Shown: positions 9,756 through 19,079, numbered from the stretch's first letter. The stretch: 64,000 nt of DNA from Candidatus Moraniibacteriota bacterium (GCA_052034975.1 JBPOIA010000010.1:12957-76956); one strand, 5' to 3'. Notes: generated from the sequence alone by a model not told the origin. Translations and numbers: made by a program.

Positions 9756-9796
9756 TATGATATACTTTTGGAAGGAGGATTTTTTTAAAAAAAACT

Positions 9797-9994
9797 ATGG
9801 ATGAGATGTTGCTGAAAAAGCTGAGTGAGCAGGAGAAGAAGATCGATGCGATCTATGTGTCGGTAGAGAAAACACGCAAGTATTTTCTTTTTACACTCAT
9901 CCTTTCGGTCGTGCTTTTCGTGCTACCGTTCTTTGGTCTCCTGTTTGCTGTACCGTTTCTTCTGAGTACGTTTTCTGGGCTCATCGGGATTTGA
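9797..9994 (+). CDS. Small membrane protein (65 aa, single TM hairpin)
   Basis: AGGAGG SD sequence upstream; hydrophobic C-terminal half LFTLILSVVLFVLPFFGLLFAVPFLL. Confidence 0.4.
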   Translation: MDEMLLKKLSEQEKKIDAIYVSVEKTRKYFLFTLILSVVLFVLPFFGLLFAVPFLLSTFSGLIGI

Positions 9995-10051
9995 CAGGAA
10001 TGGTATAATGGAAGTGTGAGAGAGTCAGAAATAATCAGTAACGGCAAAAGT

Positions 10052-10402
10052 ATGAATATACGGTTTTTGTCGAAGGGGTTGGAAGCGGATGAGCGAACGA
10101 AAGAATATATCGTGAAGCGGTTGTCTCGAGTAGCAAAACTCGTGGATGAGGTGAGCGAATTCGAGATCGAGATCGATCGCGATAAGAAAGGGAAATTTCG
10201 GGCTGAGATAATGGTGAAGACGCCGCACAACCTGTACCGTGCAGAGGAGACATCGGAAAGTATCGAGGGGTCGACGGATATGGTGATCGACAAATTGGAA
10301 AACGAGATCAGCAAGAAAAAGACCAAGAATCGCGATTTGAAGCTTCGCGGCAAGCGTTCCATCAAGAAGCGTTTGACGGTTGACAAATCAGCGAGGTTCT
10401 AA
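10052..10402 (+). CDS. hpf: Ribosome hibernation promoting factor (HPF/RaiA, short form)
   Basis: MNIRFLSKGLEADERTKEYIVKRLSRVAKL...FEIEIDRDKKGKFRAEIMVKTP matches the ribosomal subunit-interface (S30AE) family. Preceded by the tggtataatgg extended -10. Confidence 0.8.
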   Translation: MNIRFLSKGLEADERTKEYIVKRLSRVAKLVDEVSEFEIEIDRDKKGKFRAEIMVKTPHNLYRAEETSESIEGSTDMVIDKLENEISKKKTKNRDLKLRGKRSIKKRLTVDKSARF

Positions 10403-10413
10403 GGGATATTTCA

Positions 10414-10444
10414 GAAGCCGACCTTTGACGGTCGGCTTTTTGTT
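10414..10444 (+). terminator. Rho-independent terminator after hpf
   Basis: gaagccgacc-tttgac-ggtcggctt hairpin followed by TTTTGTTTGG. Confidence 0.7.
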
Positions 10445-10521
10445 TGGTAAAATTGTCTTGTTCAAGCCAAGTTTTTCTGTCTTTCGGTAAGCGGTGATTT
10501 TTGAGATTTGACCTTCATTTT

Positions 10522-13170
10522 ATGGGATTTTTGGAAAAACTTTTCGGATCGAACGAGCGTGTAGTATCTCGTTTGCGTCCGATCGCGGAGAAGATCAATA
10601 CGTTCGAAGTGTCTGTCCAAGCGCTTTCCGATGACGGTCTGAAAGGAAAGACAATAGAGTTCAGACAGCGTATCGCGGATGGGGTGACACTCGATGATAT
10701 CTTGCCGGAAGCCTATGCGGTGGTGCGCGAAGCGGCGCGACGAGTGATCGGTGAGCGACACTACGATGTGCAGATGCTCGGAGGCATCGCGCTTCATCAG
10801 GGTACTATTGCCGAGATGAAGACGGGTGAAGGAAAAACGCTCACGTCGACGCTTCCGATATACTTAAACGCATTGTCCGGCAAGGGCGTGCACGTGGTGA
10901 CGGTGAACGATTATCTCGCAAGGCGCGATTGCAACTGGATGGGACGCGTGTACGATATGCTCGGACTTTCGGCAGCCTGCATCGTAGGGCAGGGTGTCTC
11001 GTATCGTTTTACGCCGGTGGTCGCGGATACGGACGAAGTGAGTATCGAGGGAGAAAATCTTGTCTTGGTGACGCGACGTGAAGCGTATGCGGCCGACATC
11101 ACCTACGGTACCAACAACGAGTTCGGCTTCGATTATCTGCGTGACAATATGGTGCCGGAGCTCGGTGAAATGACACAACGAGAGCTCAATTTCGCCATCG
11201 TCGACGAAGTGGACTCCATTCTGATCGACGAAGCGCGCACCCCGCTTATCATTTCCGCTCCGGACAGTGAATCGACCAAACTTTACGAGAAATTCGCACG
11301 GATCGTTCCGCATCTCGCTGCTGAGAAAGATTACATCGTCGACGAGAAGATGAAAGTTGTGACATTGACCGATGACGGTATCACACACGTGGAGCGTTTG
11401 CTCGGGATGGGGAACATCTACGCGTCCGGCAATGTGCAGTACGTGCACCATCTGGAACAGTCGCTCAAAGCGCAGATTATTTTTCGGCGGGATCGCGATT
11501 ATGTCGTGAAGGACGGACAAGTGATCATCGTGGATGATTTTACCGGTCGGCTTCAGCCTGGGCGGCGGTATAGCGAGGGACTGCATCAGGCGATCGAGGC
11601 CAAAGAAGCCGTGACCGTGCAGCGTGAATCGCGGACACTGGCCACAATCACCTTTCAGAATTATTTCCGTCTCTACAAAAAACTTTCTGGTATGACCGGC
11701 ACCGCCACGACATCGGCGGAAGAATTGGCCAAGGTCTACAAACTCGATGTAGTGGAGATCCCGACCAACAAAACAATGATACGGCGCGATCTTCCCGATA
11801 TCGTGTACAAAACGGAAGAGGCGAAGTTCCGCGCTATTACCGCACGGGTGAAGGAAGTGAATGCAACCGGTCAGCCGATACTCATCGGTACGGTGGCGAT
11901 CGAGAAATCCGAATACCTGCACGAACTTCTCTCACGCGAAGGCATCGTCCACGAAGTCTTGAACGCCAAGAATCACGAGAAAGAAGCGGCGATCATTGCC
12001 AAGGCCGGACAGAGAGGTGCGGTGACGATTGCGACCAATATGGCCGGTCGCGGTACGGATATTAAATTAGGAGACGGCGTGCGCGAGCTGGGCGGGCTGA
12101 TGATCATCGGTACCGAACGGCACGAGGCGCGACGCATCGACAATCAGTTGCGTGGCCGTGCGGGACGTCAGGGCGATCCGGGCGTGTCGCAGTTCTATGT
12201 GTCGCTCGAAGACGAGCTGATGCGACGGTTCGGCGGAGACAAGATGAAGAGTATGATGACGACTTTGGGTCTTCCTGAAGACGAACCGATCCAAAACGCG
12301 CTTATTTCGAAGACGATTGAGAGCGCACAGTCGAAGATCGAAGGATTTAACTTTGACATTCGCAAGCACGTGCTTGAATACGACGACGTGATGAATAAGC
12401 AGCGCGAAGTGGTGTATCGCAAGCGGCGAATGGTGCTCGAACTCACGGATTTCCGCGATGAGACGCTCCGGCTTCTGACGGAAGAGCTTGATCATATCAT
12501 CGCGTTCCATACGGCGGCCGAAGAAACGGAGTGGAATGCAGGGGCCATCGCCGCGGAAGCAAACGCGATGTATCCGTCGCTTGACGAGAGCGGGGCCGCG
12601 AAACGCCTCGAAACGATCCGCGACGATCGTTCCAAGGACGATATCGAGAAACGCGGACTGATGCTCGAATACCTGATCGGCGAGGCGAAGAGGGTATACA
12701 GCGAGAAAGAGTCGGCATTCAGCAAGGAGACGTGGAGCCCGCTCCAAAAAGCGCTCTATTTGCGTTCGCTCGACCAGTTGTGGATGAATCATCTCGACGA
12801 AATCGATTATCTGCGGCAAGGCATCGGGCTTCGGGGTTACGGTCAGCGCGATCCGCTCATCGAGTACAAGCGCGAAGCGTACAATTTGTTTTTGAGTCTA
12901 ATGGACACGGTACGGAAGACCTATCTGATGACGATTCTCAAAATCAGTCCGGCGGCGGCGACTGCACAGCAAGAACAACCGCGTGAGATGGAATACCAGG
13001 GCGCAGACGAAAACATCCGCCAGTTTTCAGGCAGTCAGGAATTGATGACCAGCAAAGGATCGGGTGAGAGCGCTCCGCAGAAGCCGCTTGTCAATCAAAA
13101 CATCATCGGCCGCAACGACCCGTGCCATTGCGGTAGTGGCAAGAAATATAAGAAGTGTCATGGTGCTTGA
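10522..13170 (+). CDS. secA: Preprotein translocase ATPase SecA
   Basis: DEAD-like motor motifs (GEGKTL, DEVDSILIDEARTPLIIS, TNMAGRGTDI) and a C-terminal zinc finger CHCGSGKKYKKCHG. Confidence 0.95.
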   Translation: MGFLEKLFGSNERVVSRLRPIAEKINTFEVSVQALSDDGLKGKTIEFRQRIADGVTLDDILPEAYAVVREAARRVIGERHYDVQMLGGIALHQGTIAEMKTGEGKTLTSTLPIYLNALSGKGVHVVTVNDYLARRDCNWMGRVYDMLGLSAACIVGQGVSYRFTPVVADTDEVSIEGENLVLVTRREAYAADITYGTNNEFGFDYLRDNMVPELGEMTQRELNFAIVDEVDSILIDEARTPLIISAPDSESTKLYEKFARIVPHLAAEKDYIVDEKMKVVTLTDDGITHVERLLGMGNIYASGNVQYVHHLEQSLKAQIIFRRDRDYVVKDGQVIIVDDFTGRLQPGRRYSEGLHQAIEAKEAVTVQRESRTLATITFQNYFRLYKKLSGMTGTATTSAEELAKVYKLDVVEIPTNKTMIRRDLPDIVYKTEEAKFRAITARVKEVNATGQPILIGTVAIEKSEYLHELLSREGIVHEVLNAKNHEKEAAIIAKAGQRGAVTIATNMAGRGTDIKLGDGVRELGGLMIIGTERHEARRIDNQLRGRAGRQGDPGVSQFYVSLEDELMRRFGGDKMKSMMTTLGLPEDEPIQNALISKTIESAQSKIEGFNFDIRKHVLEYDDVMNKQREVVYRKRRMVLELTDFRDETLRLLTEELDHIIAFHTAAEETEWNAGAIAAEANAMYPSLDESGAAKRLETIRDDRSKDDIEKRGLMLEYLIGEAKRVYSEKESAFSKETWSPLQKALYLRSLDQLWMNHLDEIDYLRQGIGLRGYGQRDPLIEYKREAYNLFLSLMDTVRKTYLMTILKISPAAATAQQEQPREMEYQGADENIRQFSGSQELMTSKGSGESAPQKPLVNQNIIGRNDPCHCGSGKKYKKCHGA

Positions 13171-13825
13171 GAAAAATCATCAGGATATCGTTGATGTGAC
13201 AACAGCGTTTGTGGAAAAAACGCTTGTGAAAGCCGAGGGGGCGCATGATGTTTGGCATATCCGGCGCGTCCACACGATGGCCAAGCGCATCGCGGCCGAA
13301 GAGGGCGCGGACAAACTCGTCGTCGAGTTGGGCGCGCTTCTTCATGATATCGCCGATGCGAAGTTTCATAATGGCGACGAGGAAATCGGACCGCGGAAGG
13401 CACGGGAATTTTTGGAAAGTATCGGTGTTGAAAAATTGGTCGTCGAGCACGTCGAGAACATCATCCGGAATATCTCGTTCCGGAAAAGTCTCGAAGGCCA
13501 AGAGTTCCATTCGCTTGAGCTTGATGTCGTGCAGGACGCGGACCGTCTCGATGCGCTCGGCGCTATCGGCATCGCGCGGACATTCGCCTATAATGGTGCC
13601 AAGGGTCGGCAACTCTACGATCCGGCTATCAAACCGAATCTCCATATGACGAAAGAAGAGTATAAGGCAAGCACCGCTCCGACCATCAATCATTTCTACG
13701 AGAAACTTTTGCTTTTGAAGGATCGGATGAATACGAAGACCGGCAAAGCGCTTGCTACGAAACGCCACGCGTTTATGGAACAATATCTCGAAGAGTTCTA
13801 TGATGAATGGGAAGGAAAAGCATAG
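13160..13825 (+). CDS. HD-domain metal-dependent phosphohydrolase (YedJ-like)
   Basis: HIRRVHTMAKRIA...LGALLHDIAD...DADRLDALG are HD-superfamily motifs. The ATG overlaps the secA stop (ATGGTGCTTGA). Confidence 0.75.
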   Translation: MVLEKNHQDIVDVTTAFVEKTLVKAEGAHDVWHIRRVHTMAKRIAAEEGADKLVVELGALLHDIADAKFHNGDEEIGPRKAREFLESIGVEKLVVEHVENIIRNISFRKSLEGQEFHSLELDVVQDADRLDALGAIGIARTFAYNGAKGRQLYDPAIKPNLHMTKEEYKASTAPTINHFYEKLLLLKDRMNTKTGKALATKRHAFMEQYLEEFYDEWEGKA

Positions 13826-13827
13826 AT

Positions 13828-14415
13828 ATGAAACTCGATAGCGTACTGAAATTCGCGGAGATGCTTGATGCGTTCCGGCGTGTGGAACGGATGATGTATG
13901 TTCCTGGGACGGACCGGTTGGAGAATGACAGCGAGCATTCTTTCAATCTCGCGATGTTTGCGTGGTTCATCATGGATTCGGAGAAGTTTGATCTCGACTC
14001 GGATCTTGTTATCCGGTACGCGCTGGTGCATGATTTGGCAGAAGTATATGCTGGTGACACGTATATCTATTCTGACGATAAAGAACATCTCGACAGTAAG
14101 AAGGTGCGCGAGCATGAGGCGCTCGAACGTTTGAAAAAAGAATTTCCTCTGAACAAGGAGATGTTTTCGCTTGTAGATCAGTATGAGAAACGTGAAGACC
14201 GAGAGAGCCGGTTCGTGTACGCGCTCGACAAGATCCAGCCGGTCATCCATCTCTACCTTGACCATGGTCGGATGTGGAAGGAGAAAGGCGTCACGCTTCG
14301 GATGCTCATCGAGCACAAGGATAGTAAAGTGTCTCTCTCACCGGAAGTAGCACCGTATTGGAACGAGCTGAAAGAACTTCTGCAAGAAAATGAGGAGAGA
14401 ATTTTCGGTATGTAG
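13828..14415 (+). CDS. HD-domain 5'-deoxynucleotidase (YfbR-like, HD_3)
   Basis: NDSEHSFNLAMFAWFI...YALVHDLAEVYAGD matches YfbR-type HD nucleotidases. Begins 3 nt after the previous HD gene. Confidence 0.75.
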   Translation: MKLDSVLKFAEMLDAFRRVERMMYVPGTDRLENDSEHSFNLAMFAWFIMDSEKFDLDSDLVIRYALVHDLAEVYAGDTYIYSDDKEHLDSKKVREHEALERLKKEFPLNKEMFSLVDQYEKREDRESRFVYALDKIQPVIHLYLDHGRMWKEKGVTLRMLIEHKDSKVSLSPEVAPYWNELKELLQENEERIFGM

Positions 14416-14486
14416 CCGATCGTGTGATTGACGGAGATCTCGAAAAAATTATCTAATGGTATACTGGATGATTTTAAAATAATCCT

Positions 14487-14789
14487 ATGAAATACGACAA
14501 ACTGGTGCGAGATAAGATCATCGAGATTATCGAGGGGAAAGGCGAACAGGCGAAGTGGCACACTGCGACGGACGAGGAATATCGCGAGAAATTGAAAGAG
14601 AAGTTGCTCGAAGAAGTGAAGGAGTTTAACGAGACAGAAAGCGCCGAAGAGATGGCTGATGTATTCGAAGTGATTACGGCGTGGCTTGCGCTCAAAGGCT
14701 GGACGATCGAGGATATCGTGAAGATCCAAGAGGAGAAGCGCGCCAAGCGCGGTGGATTCGAGAAGAAGATCATTCTTGAAGAATCATAA
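14487..14789 (+). CDS. MazG-like nucleotide pyrophosphohydrolase (all-alpha NTP-PPase)
   Basis: [11 protein letters not shown]...[18 protein letters not shown]...[13 protein letters not shown] resembles MazG/HisE-like NTP pyrophosphatases. A ggTATACTgg promoter motif lies upstream. Confidence 0.65.
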   Translation: MKYDKLVRDKIIEIIEGKGEQAKWHTATDEEYREKLKEKLLEEVKEFNETESAEEMADVFEVITAWLALKGWTIEDIVKIQEEKRAKRGGFEKKIILEES

Positions 14790-14795
14790 AATGAT

Positions 14796-15269
14796 ATGAA
14801 AAAACTTCTGACGTTGTGTCTCGCAATGAAGGAGGGAAAGGTGCTTCTCGGGATGAAGAAGCGCGGGTTTGGCGCGGGGCGGTGGAACGGTTTTGGCGGC
14901 AAGGTGGAACCAAATGAGACAATCGAGGAAGCGGCCAAGCGCGAAACGCAAGAGGAATGCGGAGTGACGATTGAATCAATGGAAAAAGTCGGCATCCACG
15001 AGTTCGAGTTTGATGCGAAGCGTGGCGAGATTCTCGAAGTTCACGTCTTCCGTATTGACGGATTTTCCGGCGATCCGCAAGAGACGGAGGAGATGAAACC
15101 GCAATGGTTCACGTTTGCCGATATCCCGTACGATACGATGTGGTCGGACGACCGCTTTTGGCTGCCACTTTTTCTTGCTGGTAAAAAATTCCGTACGAAA
15201 TTTCTCTTTGGTGAGGGGGATGCGGTGCTGGAGAAATCAGTACTCGAATTGGAGGATATTGAACGTTGA
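14796..15269 (+). CDS. NUDIX hydrolase (MutT-like)
   Basis: Nudix box GGKVEPNETIEEAAKRETQEECG. Confidence 0.8.
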   Translation: MKKLLTLCLAMKEGKVLLGMKKRGFGAGRWNGFGGKVEPNETIEEAAKRETQEECGVTIESMEKVGIHEFEFDAKRGEILEVHVFRIDGFSGDPQETEEMKPQWFTFADIPYDTMWSDDRFWLPLFLAGKKFRTKFLFGEGDAVLEKSVLELEDIER

Positions 15270-15316
15270 TTGACTTTTCCCTTTGGCATGCTAAAATTCT
15301 TGTGTTTTGCATTTTC

Positions 15317-15390
15317 GGGCCTGTAGTTAAGTGGTACAACGCTGCATTCGCATTGCAGAGGCGCGAGTTCGATTCTCGCCAGGTCCACCA
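15317..15390 (+). tRNA. tRNA-Ala (anticodon CGC)
   Basis: Cloverleaf folds by hand: acceptor GGGCCUG/CAGGUCC with G3:U70, A73, encoded CCA; anticodon loop UUCGCAU; T-loop GUUCGAUUC. Confidence 0.85.
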
Positions 15391-15480
15391 TTTCAGATTT
15401 GCGCGAGTTTTCCTTCGAAAACGGACGGGGGTTCTCGTCTAAATCTGCAAACATTCTTTCGTTAAAAAAGAGGATATCAT

Positions 15481-15779
15481 ATGCCAAACATCTCTGCTTG
15501 GTTCATACGGGGCGTTACTGGATCTGAGGGGCTGCCACAGCCGCTATTGCCGACCATTGCTTTTTTTGGGCGGTCGAATGTGGGAAAATCGAGCGTGATC
15601 AATTCACTGACGGGCCAGCAGAGTTTGGCGCGAACGAGTTCGACAAGGGGCGACGAAACGACATCATAAAGAATTTGGAGCGTCTCAAGCGGGAATTTAC
15701 CAATTGTCCGATTGTTTGGTATTCGGCCAAGACAGGTGAGGGGCGCGAAGCGCTCTTGGAGCTCTTGTTCGGAAAATAG
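15481..15779 (+). pseudogene. engB: Degraded paralogue of engB (GTPase YihA/YsxC): N-terminal G1 region and C-terminal tail retained, the middle deleted, with a frameshift
   Basis: 15481-15669 encodes [46 protein letters not shown].., matching the N-terminus of the intact EngB at 47442. After a stop, the +2 frame encodes KNLERLKREFTNCPIVWYSAKTGEGREALLELLFGK*, matching the EngB C-terminus (..SPVVRYSAKTGDGRNELLDML). The G2-G4 region is absent. Confidence 0.6.
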
Positions 15780-15825
15780 CTGCCGGGTTGCGGAAAGTGT
15801 GTTATACTGTACACAAGCAAATCGT

Positions 15826-16380
15826 ATGGAACCGAGCGAAACGAAAGAAGAATTGGAAAAAATGATCGGCGGAGGGATTTCCGAAGACGAGAAATTCAAG
15901 ATTCTCGCCGAGGCCTCGCCGGATTGTATCAAGTTGTTCGGGATGGACAACAAGATCGTGTTTATGAACCAGGGAGGGCTTCTTGAACACAGGTTCAAAC
16001 GCCTCGAAGACGCTATCGGATTTGACTGGGTGGAAACGATCGTGCCGGAACAGCGTGAAGCCGTGAAACAGAAAATAGAAGAGAGTATCCGGGAAAAGAA
16101 AGCGATTCTTATCGATGTGAAGCATCTGCCGGAATACGCGAGCCGCGAATGGTGTTCGCTCATCGTCAATCCGGTGTTCGATGCCGCGGGAAACGTGAAG
16201 TACTTCGTGGGCATTTCCCGCGATATTACTGATCGAAAGCGTTCCGAGGAAGATTTGCAGAAATATGCCAAGATGCAGGATCGTTTGAATCGCGCAATGA
16301 TCGATCGCGAACTCAAAATGATCGAACTGAAAAAGGAAAACGAGCGTTTGAAACGGGCGATCGAGAAGTCCGAAGGGTAG
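15826..16380 (+). CDS. PAS-domain protein with C-terminal coiled coil (no output domain)
   Basis: ILAEASPDCIKLFGMDNKIVFMNQGG...VNPVFDAAGNVKYFVGISRDITDRKRSEEDL is PAS-like. ATG at 15826 lies downstream of a tgtTATACTg promoter; the ORF track begins earlier at a non-ATG codon. Confidence 0.65.
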   Translation: MEPSETKEELEKMIGGGISEDEKFKILAEASPDCIKLFGMDNKIVFMNQGGLLEHRFKRLEDAIGFDWVETIVPEQREAVKQKIEESIREKKAILIDVKHLPEYASREWCSLIVNPVFDAAGNVKYFVGISRDITDRKRSEEDLQKYAKMQDRLNRAMIDRELKMIELKKENERLKRAIEKSEG

Positions 16381-16505
16381 TCGCGAGGAGGCGTTTCCAG
16401 AAAGAAACCACTTTTCCCGGAAGGGAATTTTTTGTTTAGACGCCGGCTTGCCAAAGAGGCCAGCGTACGCTACACTGTGGGGGTAATTCGATGTGTTTCG
16501 CCGGT

Positions 16506-16946
16506 ATGAAAGTCATCCTGTTAGAGGACGTGAATGGGCTCGGAAAAGCCGGAGCCGTCAAGGAAGTGAAGAATGGATATGGGCTCAATTATCTTCTGCC
16601 GGAAGGATTGGCGGATTTTGCGACGCCGCAGCTTATCAAGCAGGCTGAAGCGTTTATTACAAAGCGTGCCAAGGAGGCGGAATCGATGGTTGCTGTGCAG
16701 AAGGAAACGGCGGGCGCAGTGTCCGGTCGGAAAGTAGTCATCCGGGCCAAAACTGAAAACGGAAAATTGTTTGGTTCGATCGGTCGGGAAGAGGTTGCTG
16801 AAGCGCTCAAAGCGGCCGGCGTGTCCGTTGATGCCGAGGTGCTTAGTATCCGAAAGCCGTTCAAGGAAACAGGAGTGTTTCCAGTGGAGGCGGATTTTGG
16901 CCATGGCGTAAAGGCCGCGTTCGAGGTATCCATTGAAGCGGAATAA
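16506..16946 (+). CDS. rplI: 50S ribosomal protein L9
   Basis: MKVILLEDVNGLGKAGAVKEVKNGYGLNYLLP matches the L9 N-domain. Upstream promoter TTGCCA-N17-TACACT. Confidence 0.9.
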   Translation: MKVILLEDVNGLGKAGAVKEVKNGYGLNYLLPEGLADFATPQLIKQAEAFITKRAKEAESMVAVQKETAGAVSGRKVVIRAKTENGKLFGSIGREEVAEALKAAGVSVDAEVLSIRKPFKETGVFPVEADFGHGVKAAFEVSIEAE

Positions 16947-17030
16947 TCGCTCGGAAGACAGTCATTTCACAAAGAGCCGCTCTTTCCTTCTCTTCGGAAC
17001 AGCGGCTCTTTCTCTATAAAAACATCGTGT

Positions 17031-18674
17031 ATGGCAAAACAGAAACGGACGAAATATATCTTCGTGGTCGGCGGCGTGATGAGCGGTGTTGGCAAGGGTG
17101 TTACTGTCTCATCGATTGGTAAGATTCTCCAATCGCGCGGTTTCAACGTGACGGCGTTCAAGATCGATCCGTACATCAATGTCGATGCCGGTACGATGAA
17201 TCCGACGGAGCATGGCGAAGTGTTCGTGCTGAAAGACGGCTACGAAACGGATCAGGATATGGGAAATTATGAGCGATTCCTCAATATTGAGCTCGATCGT
17301 GGCAATTATATGACGACCGGACTCGTCTACAAGTCGGTTATCGAAAAGGAACGCAACCTGGAATATCAGGGGAAATGCGTTCAGGTGGTGCCGCACATCC
17401 CGCTCGAAGTGATCGCGCGCATCAAGAAATCCGTCAAGAAAAGTGATGCCGACATAGCCATCATCGAAATTGGTGGCACGGTGGGAGAATACGAAAACAT
17501 CCTGTTCTTGGAAGCGATCCGGCTTTTGAAGAGTGAACATCCCGACGACGTCATCACGGTCATCGTGAGCTATGTCCCGACGCCGTCCAAGGTGGGCGAG
17601 ATGAAGACGAAGCCGACACAGCACGCTGTTCGGACATTGAATGGCGCCGGTATCCTGCCGGACATCATTGTGGCCCGGGCTGATCGGCCGCTCGACGAGA
17701 AGCGCAAAGAAAAAGTGGCGGTGTTCTGCAACGTGCGCAAGGAAGATGTGATCAGCGCGCCAGATGTCGAAAGCATTTATGATGTACCGCTTAATTTCGA
17801 GCGTGACCGATTGAGCGATAATCTTCTCAGGAAACTCGGACTGAAACCGCGTCGCCGTGATATGCGCGAATGGGAAAATCGGGTGGAACGTACTAAAAGA
17901 GCGAAGAACCCCGTACGTATCGGCATTGTCGGAAAATATTTCAAGACTGGCGATTTTGTGCTTTCGGACGCATATATCAGCGTCATCGAGGCCATCAAGC
18001 ACGCCGCGTGCGATATCGGTCGAAAGCCGATCCTCGATTGGATCGATAGCACCGATTTCGAGGAGAATCCCAAAAAACTCGCTGAACTTAAGGCCTATGA
18101 CGGTATCCTTATTCCGGGTGGGTTCGGGAGCCGCGGCATCGAGGGGAAAATCGCCGTGATTCGCTATTGCCGTGAGCAGAAAATTCCGTATTTCGGGTTG
18201 TGTTATGGGATGCAGCTTATGGTTATCGAGTATGCACGGCATACCCTCGGTTTACGAGACGCGCACACGACCGAAGTGGCCAAGGGGACAAAACATCCGA
18301 TCGTGGATATTATGCCGGAACAGAAGGAGAATCTGCTCAAGAAAAATTACGGCGCCACGATGCGACTCGGACATTATGAAGCGCAGTTGCGACCGGGAAC
18401 GATCGCACGCGCGGCGTATGGTGCGGACAGCGTTTTGGAGCGTCATCGTCATCGTTACGAGGTCAATCCAAAGTACGTAGAGGATCTGCAAAAAGCAGGG
18501 CTTGTCTTTTCTGCCGTTTCGCCCGACGGCGTGCTGATGGAGATTGCCGAACTGCCAAAGAAGAAGCACCCGTTCTTTCTCGCGACGCAATTTCATCCGG
18601 AATTTCAGTCTTCATTGTTGCGTCCACACCCACTCTTCGTCGCGTTCCTTCGCGCCTGCACAAGGAAGAAATAA
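17031..18674 (+). CDS. pyrG: CTP synthase
   Basis: KYIFVVGGVMSGVGKG N-terminus; glutamine amidotransferase domain with GLCYGMQ and HRHRYEVN. Confidence 0.95.
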   Translation: MAKQKRTKYIFVVGGVMSGVGKGVTVSSIGKILQSRGFNVTAFKIDPYINVDAGTMNPTEHGEVFVLKDGYETDQDMGNYERFLNIELDRGNYMTTGLVYKSVIEKERNLEYQGKCVQVVPHIPLEVIARIKKSVKKSDADIAIIEIGGTVGEYENILFLEAIRLLKSEHPDDVITVIVSYVPTPSKVGEMKTKPTQHAVRTLNGAGILPDIIVARADRPLDEKRKEKVAVFCNVRKEDVISAPDVESIYDVPLNFERDRLSDNLLRKLGLKPRRRDMREWENRVERTKRAKNPVRIGIVGKYFKTGDFVLSDAYISVIEAIKHAACDIGRKPILDWIDSTDFEENPKKLAELKAYDGILIPGGFGSRGIEGKIAVIRYCREQKIPYFGLCYGMQLMVIEYARHTLGLRDAHTTEVAKGTKHPIVDIMPEQKENLLKKNYGATMRLGHYEAQLRPGTIARAAYGADSVLERHRHRYEVNPKYVEDLQKAGLVFSAVSPDGVLMEIAELPKKKHPFFLATQFHPEFQSSLLRPHPLFVAFLRACTRKK

Positions 18675-18688
18675 GGCTGGGTGGACTC

Positions 18689-18716
18689 TTTACAGAACCG
18701 GTTTTCCGTGCCAGTA
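18689..18716 (+). promoter_or_regulatory. Weak candidate promoter at the 5' edge of the RT-upstream non-coding region
   Basis: TTTACA-N18-AGTATC, immediately downstream of the pyrG stop; a marginal match. Confidence 0.25.
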
Positions 18717-18727
18717 TCTTTGTGGAT

Positions 18728-19025
18728 CAGGGATTGCCAAGGAGGGTAGTACCCGGAGCTTCAGATCCTTTTTCAGTACGTGTAGTATCATCGTCGTACC
18801 GTAGCATATGTCCGTTATGGCACATATGGCCGCGAGGCTGTATGGTAGCGGATCGGGAGGGGCATCCTTCCTCTAGTGGCGGCTTCTGCGCCATCCGGGA
18901 TTTGGGTCCGCTTGGCGGTTCCCATAGGCTCGTCGGTGCGGGCACGCAGAATTGGTGTCCAGGGTCGAGGCCACCCCGGTTCGTTCGACTGTTGTTTCAC
19001 CCCGAAGTTTCGGGACTCCTTGGCA
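18728..19025 (+). ncRNA. Candidate structured non-coding RNA upstream of the reverse transcriptase (retron msr/msd-like or DRT-type template RNA; boundaries approximate)
   Basis: GC-rich (~60%+) 400-nt spacer with no convincing ORF start. A 10-bp long-range inverted repeat, TGCCAAGGAG (18735-18744) and CTCCTTGGCA (19016-19025), is placed like retron a1/a2, with G residues right after a1. There are multiple local hairpins (cccgaagtttcggg, catatg palindromes, tgcgggcacgca). Confidence 0.3.
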
Positions 19026-19079
19026 GGTTGAACGGAACATCGTTCTTTCACAAATGATTCATTTTTCGGGAGAGTGGAT

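Noticed and set aside
10864-12819. 352-aa and 250-aa minus-strand ORFs within secA
   Set aside because: Antisense to SecA; no independent signal.
15477-16454. 325-aa minus-strand ORF
   Set aside because: Antisense to the PAS gene and the engB remnant; Ser-rich low complexity.
17109-18242. 377-aa minus-strand ORF
   Set aside because: Antisense to pyrG.
18675-19073. tmRNA, RNase P RNA or SRP RNA in the GC-rich spacer
   Set aside because: No tRNA-like 3' end (GGUUCGAxUCC..CCA), no tag-peptide reading frame with a resume codon, no RNase P P4 or SRP domain IV consensus strings.
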